DNA from: an uncultured delta proteobacterium
GTDB lineage: Bacteria; Myxococcota; Myxococcia; Myxococcales; Myxococcaceae
Reading direction: 5' to 3'
Assembly (NCBI GenBank): GCA_963796055.1
Contig: CAWCKH010000003.1
Location: 704,001-768,000 of the forward strand
DNA length: 64,000 bases
Shown: piece by piece, positions 53,972-63,483 of the stretch
How the letters are laid out: each line of letters begins with the position of its first letter
Position numbering within the stretch: position 1 is the stretch's first letter
Position numbers and translations under genes: made by a program
Notes under the pieces: generated by a model
Database searches by the model: none
Seen by the model: only the letters and a program-made list of their open reading frames with translations
Told to the model about the DNA's origin: nothing

Positions 53972-54430
53972 TCAGCCGCCGCAGCCTGCCGTGCCGCGCA
54001 CTATCGCGGGGGTGCAGCAAGCTGCCGATTGAGCACCCTGGCCCTCCGCCGGCGCCTCCCCGTACGTCGTGCTCTCTCCGGTCGTGAGGAACGTCTCCCA
54101 CGAGACTCCCGAGGGATCCAGCACCCATGCCTTCTCGGACTTCGCGTAGCAGCAGGTGGTCGCACCCTCGTCGAAAAGGGCCCTGCCCGCGGCCTGGAGT
54201 CGGTGAGCCACCTGGCTCAACTCCGCTTTCTCCTCGACCTGGATCCCGAGATGGTCAATCCCGGCCGCGCGACCCCGTGCAGAGATGGCGAAGTTGACGC
54301 GTGGGTCGTCGAGCATCCACTTCGCGTAATCGGGCTTGAGCACCGTGGGCGCTGTCGCGAAGAGCGCCGAGTAGAACTCCACAGACTGCTCGACGTTTTC
54401 AACGGCGACGTGTACGTGCAGACGCTTCAC
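53972..54430 (-). CDS. ArsI/CadI-family glyoxalase-like metalloenzyme
   Basis: RLHVHV, YAKWMLDDP..NFAIS, HLGIQV, TCCYAKSEKAW..DP, C-terminal CC. Confidence 0.9.
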   Translation of the reverse strand: MKRLHVHVAVENVEQSVEFYSALFATAPTVLKPDYAKWMLDDPRVNFAISARGRAAGIDHLGIQVEEKAELSQVAHRLQAAGRALFDEGATTCCYAKSEKAWVLDPSGVSWETFLTTGESTTYGEAPAEGQGAQSAACCTPAIVRGTAGCGG

Positions 54431-54764
54431 GCTTCACTCCTTCGTCCCGCTCGGGGACTTCACACACGGGAGCGCAGCCCGCTCCCCCGCAGCAGTTCTC
54501 GGTCAGGTACGCCACCAGGGCGTTCATCCGGTCGAAGTTGGCCGAGTAGATGAGCTGCCGGCTCTGGCGCTCCTGAGTGGTGAGACCGGCGTGCATCAGT
54601 TGATGAAGGTGGAACGACAGGGAAGACGCCGGCACCCCGAGCGCCTCGCCGATGGCACCCGCCGCCATCCCCTCTGGGCCCTTCTGCACGAGCAGTCGAT
54701 AGATGGCGAGCCTGGTCTCCTGCGCCAGCGAGCCGAGACCAGCGATGACCTCGCGCGTCTTCAT
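54399..54764 (-). CDS. arsR: ArsR/SmtB repressor with C-terminal Cys cluster
   Basis: ALAQETRL-like SLAQETRL, SSLSFHL, YLTENCCGGAGC. Confidence 0.92.
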   Translation of the reverse strand: MKTREVIAGLGSLAQETRLAIYRLLVQKGPEGMAAGAIGEALGVPASSLSFHLHQLMHAGLTTQERQSRQLIYSANFDRMNALVAYLTENCCGGAGCAPVCEVPERDEGVKREASARTRRR

Positions 54765-54770
54765 GCGATC

Positions 54771-54823
54771 CTTCTAGGACTGTCGAAGGACTCCTGTCAA
54801 CCATATTTCGAGAACCATCGAAA
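54771..54823 (-). promoter_or_regulatory. ars promoter/operator, probably leaderless
   Basis: TTGACA (54795-54800), 18-nt spacer, TAGAAG, then 6 nt to the ATG; dyad TTTCGA-N6-TCGAAA at 54806-54823. Confidence 0.55.
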
Positions 54824-54984
54824 GTTGCTCGACGTTCTTCGGGAGCCGGTCTGCACATGCTGCGCTCGCCCGCGCGGCCAGACGAGGAGCTCGAGCACCG
54901 CGGACGACACCACGCGGGGCGGAACTTCCGCCTTCCCCGGTATGTCGTCGACGTTCTCGAGCCGAGATGAACCCCAAGAGGCTC

Positions 54985-55300
54985 AACATCCTGGGCTATG
55001 TCCAGGAGCTTCTTCTCCGCCGATACGAGGCGCTTCACGAGCAGAGCCCGCTTCCGACGCCTCCCTCCGGCGCTGCCCCAGGTGCAACATGCGGCTCTGG
55101 CCCAAGCCGGTCGTCCGCCCCATTCGGTTCCACGACCTCCATCGCACGACGGCGACGCTGCTTCTCCGCGAGAAGGTGCTCCGACACCGAGACCCGAAGC
55201 TGACCGAGCAGGTCTACGGACATCTCGCCGATGACTTCCTCAGAGACGGCGTCGACCGGCTCCACTTCGAGGGGATGCCCGAGCCTGCATCGGTTCCGTC
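54985..55300 (+). pseudogene. Degraded C-terminal fragment of a tyrosine integrase
   Basis: CPRCNMRLWP, IRFHDL(HR)TTATLLL, LRHRDP.LT..VYGHL; N-terminus absent and HxxR box scrambled. Confidence 0.75.
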
Positions 55301-55400
55301 CATCGCGTTTGCGAGCGGGAGCGGGACCCAACCGGGCGTTGATGCTCAAAGGGCCGGAGTCCCGAGACGAAAACCCGAGGACGTCCGGCCCTTTTGACTT

Positions 55401-55443
55401 GAGCGGGAGACGGGGGTCGAACCCGCGACCCTCGGCTTGGGAA
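55401..55443 (-). repeat. att-like repeat: 3' half of tRNA-Gly(CCC)
   Basis: Minus strand TTCCCAAGCCGAGGGTCGCGGGTTCGACCCCCGTCTCCCGCTC (anticodon loop, T-arm, acceptor 3' strand); no 5' half. Confidence 0.88.
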
Positions 55444-55574
55444 TTGGCTCTCCGAGCCTCCAGGTGCGTCCCGCGGTGTCCAACGCCGCGAAACCTCTCC
55501 AGCACCCTGGAGCCGTTGGACGCCCAGAGAGTGCGTGGACGGCCTCCCGCACGGCACCCGCACGGCAGAAACCG

Positions 55575-55763
55575 ATGGCCGTGGGTCTGGTCCGCGGTCT
55601 GGCACTGCTGACGGTACGCGAGGCGGCCGAGCTGCTCCGCGTCCGCCCGGTGACGGTGTACCGCCTGTGCGCCCGCGGCGCCCTGCTCCACTCCCGGGTG
55701 TCGAACGCTATCCGGATCCGCGCCGACGACCTCGAGCGCCTCCTCGCCGGAAACGAGGGGTAG
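55575..55763 (+). CDS. Excisionase-like HTH (HTH_17) protein
   Basis: LLTVREAAELLRV...TVYRL...G.L...RV..AIRI...DLE. Confidence 0.75.
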   Translation: MAVGLVRGLALLTVREAAELLRVRPVTVYRLCARGALLHSRVSNAIRIRADDLERLLAGNEG

Positions 55764-56029
55764 GCCCACGGCGCCGATGCCTCCAGAACGGCCGGATCAG
55801 GCTCACGGTGCAAAGAAGCAGGCCATGCCCATCCCCGGCGTCCCCCAGAATCGGGCGAGGCGCTCCTGGCTCGGGCCTTCGGGCAAGGTGGCCACCGAGC
55901 TCGAGCTCCTGAGGCCGACGGCCCGTCGCGGGCCGGGGTTGAGCAGAACTCGAGGACCTGATGAAGGCCGTGGACCGGGCGATGCACTCCGCTCTGAATC
56001 AGCAACCCCCGTCCTGCTAGGCCACGACC

Positions 56030-56259
56030 AGAGGGGGCGGCGCGGTGCGCCTGGGCGTCATCCAGGGCCGCAAGAAGACCCGGGCGGTCGGCGAGCTCGA
56101 CTGCCCCGCTGACCCCCAGGTCCTCGCGGCAGCAGACGACCTCGAAGCAGCTGGCCTTCGCCCATCTCTGATGGCCGTTCGCTGTGCCTCGGGACCGAAG
56201 TGCTGCTCCTCGGTGGAGACACGGAGGTAGGCCACCGTCGTGCGTCTCTGCACCTGCAT
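56030..56259 (-). pseudogene. Frameshifted N-terminal fragment of a serine recombinase
   Basis: AYLRVSTEEQ...Q, then in another frame EDLGVSG..DRPGL..AL. Confidence 0.7.
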
Positions 56260-56585
56260 CCGCCTGGCTACCAACACGCCTCGGACCGAACTCGGCGCTC
56301 CACGATCCGATGGGTCTCGCTCCCGAAGTTCCACTCCGCAAGGCTACCCCTCGGCGATGCTCTCCCGCGCCTTCCGTCTTGAGCTCCAATTCGGAGCTCG
56401 ATGACTCCATCCCTCCGGTCCAAGTTCCTCCGGTCGGCGTGCTCCATCGCAGCGCACCCGTGTCTCGCTCTACCCAATGCTCTCCTCCACCTCGCTTTGT
56501 CTCTCCATCTCCTTCCCATCGGATCGTTCAGGACTGGCTTCATGACCCTGGACCCCGTTGCCCACCCCGTTGGTTCTCAGGGGGT

Positions 56586-56649
56586 CCCCAAGTTTTCCGT
56601 CCACGCCCTCAGTTTCATGGTTGCGAGGGCGTGGACGGGAAACTTGGGG
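56586..56649. repeat. 25-bp inverted repeat with 14-nt loop
   Basis: CCCCAAGTTTTCCGTCCACGCCCTC / GAGGGCGTGGACGGGAAACTTGGGG, with one G-T pair. Confidence 0.85.
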
Positions 56650-57052
56650 GGCTTCCGGCGCTGCATCCGATGTCGGGTGGGCGAGGGCACAAGGGCGCGG
56701 AATCCAGAACAAGCCGCGTCCGATTCCACCCCCGCTTCCGCCCCGAAGTGGCCCGGAAACACGCCCGATCCAGGAGCGCATTCTCGGGCGTATTCGCGGG
56801 CGAATTGGAGGGCCACTTAGAGCCTCAAAAGGGCGATCCCGCAATCGATTGCGGGGCCGAGGATCTCCGGGCGAACCGGACGAAGGCCCAGCTCGTCGCG
56901 GACCACTGGCTCGTGACTGATCGCTGCGCCGTGGAGCGCACTCGACGAGCACCTCGGGGATGGCCAGGTGGATGGACAGCGCCCAGAGTCGTGGGTCCGC
57001 TGCGGCGCCTAGCTTGCGGTCCGAGCGACTTGCGAAGTAGACATGCGCCCCG

Positions 57053-57458
57053 ATGCGCGCCGCGAGTGCAGCGCCAGGGACCCCGAAGACCGTCCTTCTG
57101 ACGGCGCTGGCGCTCGTTGCGCTCCACGCCGCCCAGCTCGGCCATCTCGTGGTCGGTCGGCACGGGATCTGCCCCGAGCACGGCGAGATCATCGAGCTGC
57201 CCCCAGCGGCCCAGACCCCAGTAGCGCTTCCACCGGCCGGTGAGTCGGCGGTGGCCGCCGGTCGGTCGGATGCCCTCGAGCACGTCCCCTGCCCCGTCTT
57301 CTATGGAAGACGCGACTCGCTTGTTTCGAGTCCGCCCGTGGTGCGGGTGCTCGCGCTCCATCCACCTCCGGCGGATTCTGAAGGCGCCCGAGGTCTGGCC
57401 GTCCGACGACTCGGGGCGCATCGACGTCGCGCCCAAGCAGTCGCCCCCAGTGGTCTAG
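57053..57458 (+). CDS. His/Cys-rich DUF2946-like leader protein, apparently frameshifted
   Basis: TM/signal segment, then H..LGH..RHGICPEHG...EHVPCP; the ending APKQSPPVV* (57458) is in an adjacent frame. Confidence 0.5.
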
Positions 57459-57681
57459 GCGCCCTCCTTCGCTGGACGCCGGCGCTCGCGCGGATCTCGG
57501 TTCGCGCCGGGCGCGAGTGGCGCTTCGCGGCAGGAGGCGGCGCCTGCGGTCGGCGTAGCGCCCGTCCGACATCGTCGGGCAGGAGCTGCACGCGACCGTC
57601 AACTGCGTTCTCCCGCGCGGGTCGTCTGCGCGCGGGCGGTCCCTTCGTTGACACCACTCCTGCCTCTCGAGGTCTCACACC

Positions 57682-58938
57682 ATGCGTCGTTCACTTGTCC
57701 CCGTCCTGGGGACCGTCGTCCTGGCTCTCTCCGCCTGTGGAAGTAGCTCCGGTAACCCAAACGGAGGCACGGACGGGGGTATCAGCAGAACCTTCACTCC
57801 TCCCTTCACTCCCAACTCGCAGCAGCTCGACAAGTCCATCCGGGTGACCTTTTCCGGAGAGACTTTCGGGGTCGACGGGTTGCCGTATCCCGGAAACTGC
57901 AACGGCGGGCCGGATGCCTTGTTCTTCGTCGACGGCTGGAGCGTCAGCTTCGACGAGTACCTGGTCGTGGTGGACAACATCCGGCTGAACGCCACGGCCG
58001 GGAACGCGATCCAGACCGACGTGGGTTCGCTGGTCGCGAGCTCCACGGGCGGACCCTGGATCCTCGACATGCACAAACCCTCCGGGTTCGTCGGAGCGGA
58101 TGGCGAGGAACCGGCCGGAGCGCTCTACCTCTTCACGGGTCCCAACAGCGGCGGGAGCTTCGATCCGGCCGTCAAGTACGCGTTCAGCTACGACGTGGTC
58201 CAGGCCAAGGCGGGGATCGTCAACGTGAATCTCTCCGACTCCCAGGTGAGCAACGAGGTCGCCCAGATGATCAGCAAGGGCTGGAGCAAGTTCGTGAAGG
58301 GCAAGGCGGTCTTCGCCGGAACCGCGGGCTACCCGGGCGATGCGACGCTCGACGCCAAGTTCAAGGCTTTTCCCCAGACGGTCTATTTCAGCTTTGGCTG
58401 GGACGATCACGACAGCGCCATCAACTGCAACAACCCCGACTTCAACCTTGCCGAGGACGATCCGGCGGGTCGGGGCGTCCAAGTCACGCCCACCGGCGCG
58501 GTCTACGCGCAGGTCACCCTGCACACCGACCACATCTTCTGGGACCAGCTGATCATCCACGGCACTCCCCTGCACTTCGACCAGATCGCCGCCTGGGCCA
58601 CTGCTGCCAACTCCAACCCGAGCACCCCGCTGGCGATCGACCAGGTTCTCGGGAAGCCGCTGGCAGCGACCTTCGCCGACGGCACGCCGCTGCCTGACCG
58701 GGGCCCCACGCAACCGACGGCCGCCTGCTACGACAGCTCGTTCCAGCCCAACCCGGCGCAGCTGACGTTCCACCTCTCGGGAAGCGCGGGATCAGTTCCT
58801 TCCTCGGTGGTGAAGAACTTGGCTGACTTCATGGCCTTCAGCGGCCAGTCGCAGATGCACCTGAACGCCGACGGCCTCTGTTACAACACCGGCCAGCACG
58901 CCAGCGACCCGTTCTACGTGCCGGGGCTTCCAAAGTAA
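57682..58938 (+). CDS. Lipoprotein of the TonB-dependent uptake locus
   Basis: Lipobox LSAC; His motifs TLHTDH, LHFD, MHLNAD. Confidence 0.8.
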   Translation: MRRSLVPVLGTVVLALSACGSSSGNPNGGTDGGISRTFTPPFTPNSQQLDKSIRVTFSGETFGVDGLPYPGNCNGGPDALFFVDGWSVSFDEYLVVVDNIRLNATAGNAIQTDVGSLVASSTGGPWILDMHKPSGFVGADGEEPAGALYLFTGPNSGGSFDPAVKYAFSYDVVQAKAGIVNVNLSDSQVSNEVAQMISKGWSKFVKGKAVFAGTAGYPGDATLDAKFKAFPQTVYFSFGWDDHDSAINCNNPDFNLAEDDPAGRGVQVTPTGAVYAQVTLHTDHIFWDQLIIHGTPLHFDQIAAWATAANSNPSTPLAIDQVLGKPLAATFADGTPLPDRGPTQPTAACYDSSFQPNPAQLTFHLSGSAGSVPSSVVKNLADFMAFSGQSQMHLNADGLCYNTGQHASDPFYVPGLPK

Positions 58939-59049
58939 TCGTGCGCACTGTGGACGGCCGACCTCCTCACCGGTCGGCCGTCCTCGCCCGAGAGCCCAGG
59001 TCGCTGCACGGCCCCGAGCGCTCGAACGATTCCCAATGCAAGGACCGAC

Positions 59050-59748
59050 ATGTCCCTGACCGAGCACCTCAAGCACGTCCTCCTGGACCTTCACGCGTCC
59101 TGGGTGATGTGGATCCTCATCGTCCTCTCTCTGGCCAGCGTCCTGGTCACCGTGGAGAGGGCGCTCTTCTTCCGGAGCATCCGGGACGACATCCGTGGGC
59201 TCTCCGGTGAGCTGGACGGGCTCCTCCGGGCGGGCCGCCATCGAGAGGCGCTCGAGCGGCTGAGCCGCTCTCCCTCCGCCGAGGCTGCGGCTGCCGCCGC
59301 GGGGCTGCGAAGCGCGGACCTCGGCCCGGTCGCTGCGGAGAAGTCCGTGGCCGGTGCGCTGGCTCTGGAACGGAGCCGGATGGAACGCGGGCTGGCCTTC
59401 CTCGGGACGCTGGGGAACAACGCCCCCTTCATCGGGCTGCTGGGCACGGTCATCGGCATCGTGGAGGCCTTCGACGTCCTTGGACGTCCCGAGGCGCTCT
59501 CCGCGACGGGCTCGCTGGCCCCGCAGGGGATCATGAGCAGCATCGCCGAGGCGCTGGTGGCGACCGCGGTCGGCCTCTTCGTGGCCATTCCCGCGGTCGC
59601 CGCCTTCAACTACTTCCAGCGTCGCATCGCCACCATCATGGCCAGGAGCGAGGCGCTGACGAACGTGGTCCTGGCCCACCTCAATGCCGAGGCTCCTCCC
59701 GGGACGCCGAACGTCGAGGTCCGCCCGGCCGCGCGGAGGGCCGAGTGA
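59050..59748 (+). CDS. exbB: MotA/TolQ/ExbB proton channel
   Basis: LGTLGNNAPFIGLLGTVIGI, IAEALVATAVGLFVAIPA. Confidence 0.88.
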   Translation: MSLTEHLKHVLLDLHASWVMWILIVLSLASVLVTVERALFFRSIRDDIRGLSGELDGLLRAGRHREALERLSRSPSAEAAAAAAGLRSADLGPVAAEKSVAGALALERSRMERGLAFLGTLGNNAPFIGLLGTVIGIVEAFDVLGRPEALSATGSLAPQGIMSSIAEALVATAVGLFVAIPAVAAFNYFQRRIATIMARSEALTNVVLAHLNAEAPPGTPNVEVRPAARRAE

Positions 59749-60176
59749 TGGCCGCGTCCTCGCCAGACCAGAACACCATCAGCAGCATCAACGTCACCCC
59801 GCTGGTCGACATCACGCTGGTGCTGCTGATCATCTTCATGGTCACCGCCAAGCTGGTGGTGGCTCCCAACGCCGCGTTGAAGCTCACCCTCCCCAGGAGC
59901 AGCACCGGCGAGCAGGTCAGCCCCGTCTTCGCGGTGACCATGCCCCGGGACGGGACGGTCCGGGTGAATGGCCAGCCGGTCGTGGACGACGCCCAGTTCC
60001 TCCAGAGGGCGACCGCGGAGCGACAGGCCCATCCTGACCTGCGCGCGGTGATCCAGGCCGATGGAGAGGTGACTCACGCCCGGGTGGTCCACGTGATGGA
60101 CCTGCTGGGTCGTGCAGGAGTGACCCAGATCGCCTTCGCGGTCACGCTCGAGCGCGGGGCAGCGGGCGCCCGATGA
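59745..60176 (+). CDS. exbD: ExbD/TolR protein
   Basis: INVTPLVDITLVLLIIFMV, IQADG. Confidence 0.9.
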   Translation: MMAASSPDQNTISSINVTPLVDITLVLLIIFMVTAKLVVAPNAALKLTLPRSSTGEQVSPVFAVTMPRDGTVRVNGQPVVDDAQFLQRATAERQAHPDLRAVIQADGEVTHARVVHVMDLLGRAGVTQIAFAVTLERGAAGAR

Positions 60177-60976
60177 GCGGTCGCCCTCGGCGGCGAAGGA
60201 GCCTGCTCCACCGGGTGGTCCTGCTCCCGGGGCCACCTGGGGCCGCATACGAGGCCGCGGAGGCGCTCGGGAGCGCCGAGCTCCGCAGACGGGTAGGTCT
60301 CGCCCTGGCAGGAACGCTGCTCTTCCACGCAGCCCTGGCCGGTCTGGCCGTCTGGGGCGACATCGCCCACGACAGGCGGCCCCCGCCGCCGACCACCACC
60401 ACGGCGGTGACGCTGGAGCGGATCCCGCCGGCTCCGGCCCGGGAGTCCCCGCCACCGCCGCCTCCGCCCGCTCGCCCGATCCATAGGGCACCACCGGCGG
60501 CGGCCCGGGCCGGAGGGGTGGTGACCGCACCCGAGGATCCGAACAAGCCGCTGGATCTCACGCAGTTCGACATGCCGGTGGGGAGGAGCGAGAGCTATGC
60601 CGGTGGCTTCACCGCGCCCAGCGGGACCAGCCAGGTGGCGGTGAACGATCCTCGCGCCCGGCCGCACGGGGTGGTCGGCGGGACTCCGGGCGGAAGTCTG
60701 GCCCGTCAAGCCAGTCCTGCCCGGAAAGACTGGGCCTGCCCCTGGCCGGACGAGGAACAATCGTCGGATCTGCGCGAGGCGCGGGTGTCGGTCCGCATCC
60801 AGGTGGATCGCGACGGCGCTGCACAGAACATCCAGGTGCTGCAGAGCCCCACTCCGGCCTTCGCCGTGGCTGCCCGGGTCTGCGCCCGCTCGGAACGGTT
60901 CTCTCCGGCACGTGATGATGCCGGGCAGTCCATTCCCGGGACGATTACCTCGCTGTCCATCCACTTCGTTCGATGA
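60173..60976 (+). CDS. TonB-like energy transducer
   Basis: TM helix with His (LLFHAAL), Pro-rich linker, C-terminal TonB_C (RFSPARD). Confidence 0.8.
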   Translation: MSGRPRRRRSLLHRVVLLPGPPGAAYEAAEALGSAELRRRVGLALAGTLLFHAALAGLAVWGDIAHDRRPPPPTTTTAVTLERIPPAPARESPPPPPPPARPIHRAPPAAARAGGVVTAPEDPNKPLDLTQFDMPVGRSESYAGGFTAPSGTSQVAVNDPRARPHGVVGGTPGGSLARQASPARKDWACPWPDEEQSSDLREARVSVRIQVDRDGAAQNIQVLQSPTPAFAVAARVCARSERFSPARDDAGQSIPGTITSLSIHFVR

Positions 60977-63483
60977 CCCGAGCCATCCTGCTGTTGAGCA
61001 GCGTGCTGGGTACCGCCGTCCTGGCACAGTCGGTCACCCCGCCCCAGGTGGTGGAATCTCCACCGGCCGAGTACCCGATCGGAGCGAACACGAGCGCGAC
61101 GGTCGTGACCCAGGTGACGGTCGACGCGACCGGACACGTGACCAGCGCCGAGATCGCCGAATCGGCCGGCAAGGCCTTCGACGACGCGGCGCTGGCCGCA
61201 GTTCGGAGATGGACGTTCCGGCCCGCGCTTCGCGACGGGCAGCCCTTCGCCGCGCGGATCCGGATCCCGTTCCGCTTCGAGCCTCCGGTGGCTTCGACGC
61301 CCCCGGCGCAGACCGATGCGGGAACACCGTCTCTCCCAGGCGGCGCCGAGGCTGCACCGGTGGTGACTCCCGTGACGTCGCCCGCAGAAGGTCCCGCCAC
61401 TCCTCCCCCGTCCGGCGAGGTCACGGTGCGCGGGACCCGCCGAGTGGAGCGGGGCGGAAGCGACTTCCAGATCGAGATCGGCAAGCTGTCGGTCGTGACC
61501 AGGAGCGGAACGGCCAGCGATGTGCTCCTTCTCGCCCCCGGCATCTTCATCGCCAACGAGGGCGGGGAAGGACATGCGGACCAGGTCTTCCTTCGTGGCT
61601 TCAACCTCGAGCAGGGTCAGAGCCTCGAGTTCACCGTCAACGGCGTTCCGATCAACGACGTCGACAACCCGGACGGCCACGGCTACGCCGACTACCACTT
61701 CATCATCCCCGAGCTGGTGAAGAACCTCCGGGTGATCGAGGGCCCATTCGATCCCCACCAGGGCGACTTCGCCGTGGCCGGAAGCGCGGACTACCAGCTG
61801 GGGGTGGTCGAGCGCGGCATCCGACTGCAGGGAGGGCTGGGGAACTACGGAACGAAGCAGGCCCTGGGCATCGTCGCTCCCCCTGGTGAGCGAGAAGGAA
61901 CGTTCCTCGGGGTGAAGTACGAGAGCAGCGACGGCTGGGGGTCGAACCGCGCCTACTCGTACCTGAGCGCGATGGGCCAGTACGAAGGCGAGCTGGGCGA
62001 GCGCGGGCTCTGGCATCTGCTGGCGACCGCTTACTCCGACCACTACCGGAGCGCCGGCGTGGTCCGGCGGGACGCCCTCGACACCGTCGGCTTCTACGGC
62101 ACGTTCGATCCGAGCCAGGGAGGCGATGCCCAGCGCTACACGCTCGCCGCGGACATCCTCTCGCCGGTGGGCGGGGGAACGTTGACCCAGCAAGTTTTCC
62201 TCACCTACCGCTCCCACCGGCTGGTGGAGAACTTCACCGGATTTCTCGAGGACGTTCAGGAGATCGGCCAGAGCCTGCACGATCAGCGAGGCGATGCGCG
62301 CCAGCAGGCCTACAACGCCATCGTCGCCGGCGCGCGGGGGAGCTATCGCGCTTCCACCACCCTGCTCGGGCAGGAGCAATCGCTCGAGGTCGGCTACTAC
62401 GCGCGCTACGACCACGTCACGCCGCAAGCTCAGCGTCTTCGCTTCGGAACGCAGATTCCGTACAAGACGGAGGACGACTTCGTCGACGACATCTTCAACC
62501 TCGCCGGCTATCTCGACCTTGACCTCCGGCCGGTGTCCTGGTTCTCGCTCCGCGGCGGGCTCCGCCAGGAATACTTCTCGTACAACGTCCTCAACCAGTG
62601 CGCGACCTCGGGCAACTACACCCGCGGCCAGCCTCTGGACGTGGACTGTCCGCCCTACGACCGCGCCGGACCGCGCCTCCCGGAGACGCGGGTCTCGGCG
62701 AGCGGCAGCGTCCTCGAGCCGAAGCTCACCGCCTTGGCCCGGGTCCACCCGTGGATCACCCTGACCGCGAGCTACGGCATCGGCGCGGCCTCGTCGGACG
62801 CCCGGTACGTCTTCCAGAACAGCGAGTCGCCGTTCTCGAAGCTCCAGGCGGCGGAGGGTGGGGTGCTCTTCCACCACCAGTGGACCGATCTCGACCTCTC
62901 GGCGCGGGCGGTGGGGTTCTGGACCCACGTCGACCACGATCTCATCTTCGATCCCCAGCTCGGTCGTCTGGATCAGACCAACGGGACGACCCGGAAAGGC
63001 TTCGTGGGCGCCCTGCGAGCCACCGGCCGGTTCATCGACGAGAGCGCCTCTGTCACCTACGCCTACGCGACCTACGACGACACGGGCCTTCTGGTCCCGT
63101 ACGTGCCTGCCTGGGTCGCGCGCTCGGACACGTCGCTCTTCGGGCCGTTCTTCGGGCTGCGGATCCGCGACCAGCCCATCACCGGGACGCTGGGAGTGCG
63201 CCTCAGCTACATCGGCTCGCGAGCGTTGCCCTTCAGCCAGACTGCACCCGGGAACTTCGTCGTCGACCTTCACGCCACGCTCCGGTGGAGCTTGCTGGAG
63301 CTGGGGGTGAACGTCTGGAACCTCTTCAACCGGCAGTACGCGCAGAGCGAGTTCTTCTATGCCTCGGATTTCCACACGCGGCAGTACGCGACCCTCGCTC
63401 CGGCGTCTCACTTCACTGCCGCGGCCCCGCGCACGTATCTACTGACTCTGGCCCTGATCTTCGACCAGGAGACTCGCCGATGA
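60973..63483 (+). CDS. TonB-dependent receptor with N-terminal TonB_C domain
   Basis: Signal peptide; FDDAALAAVRRWTFRPA; plug GGEGHADQVFLRGF, GHGYAD; barrel with NLFN. Confidence 0.9.
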   Translation: MTRAILLLSSVLGTAVLAQSVTPPQVVESPPAEYPIGANTSATVVTQVTVDATGHVTSAEIAESAGKAFDDAALAAVRRWTFRPALRDGQPFAARIRIPFRFEPPVASTPPAQTDAGTPSLPGGAEAAPVVTPVTSPAEGPATPPPSGEVTVRGTRRVERGGSDFQIEIGKLSVVTRSGTASDVLLLAPGIFIANEGGEGHADQVFLRGFNLEQGQSLEFTVNGVPINDVDNPDGHGYADYHFIIPELVKNLRVIEGPFDPHQGDFAVAGSADYQLGVVERGIRLQGGLGNYGTKQALGIVAPPGEREGTFLGVKYESSDGWGSNRAYSYLSAMGQYEGELGERGLWHLLATAYSDHYRSAGVVRRDALDTVGFYGTFDPSQGGDAQRYTLAADILSPVGGGTLTQQVFLTYRSHRLVENFTGFLEDVQEIGQSLHDQRGDARQQAYNAIVAGARGSYRASTTLLGQEQSLEVGYYARYDHVTPQAQRLRFGTQIPYKTEDDFVDDIFNLAGYLDLDLRPVSWFSLRGGLRQEYFSYNVLNQCATSGNYTRGQPLDVDCPPYDRAGPRLPETRVSASGSVLEPKLTALARVHPWITLTASYGIGAASSDARYVFQNSESPFSKLQAAEGGVLFHHQWTDLDLSARAVGFWTHVDHDLIFDPQLGRLDQTNGTTRKGFVGALRATGRFIDESASVTYAYATYDDTGLLVPYVPAWVARSDTSLFGPFFGLRIRDQPITGTLGVRLSYIGSRALPFSQTAPGNFVVDLHATLRWSLLELGVNVWNLFNRQYAQSEFFYASDFHTRQYATLAPASHFTAAAPRTYLLTLALIFDQETRR

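Larger units (their letters stand above)
41466..55443. mobile_element. ~14-kb genomic island (fluoride-responsive and arsenic-resistance cargo) between tRNA-Gly 3'-half direct repeats
   Basis: Direct repeats at both ends; integrase relic just inside the right repeat; accessory cargo. Confidence 0.75.

Noticed and set aside
41507..55400. A fluc/crcB or CLC-F fluoride exporter gene in the island
   Set aside because: I saw no small 4-TM ORF with a GxxGxxTTFS-type motif and no CLC-like ORF in the track. One could exist elsewhere in the genome.
55401..55480. Intact tRNA-Gly gene
   Set aside because: Only the anticodon loop to acceptor 3' strand is present; the upstream sequence cannot form the D-arm or 5' acceptor strand. 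The same applies to 41466-41507.
56268..57050. Short ORFs between the resolvase relic and the leader ORF
   Set aside because: No motifs, atypical codon usage and mutually overlapping frames; probably decayed DNA.
57459..57681. Cobalamin riboswitch before the TonB locus
   Set aside because: GC hairpins are present, but no recognisable B12-box or conserved core was found.
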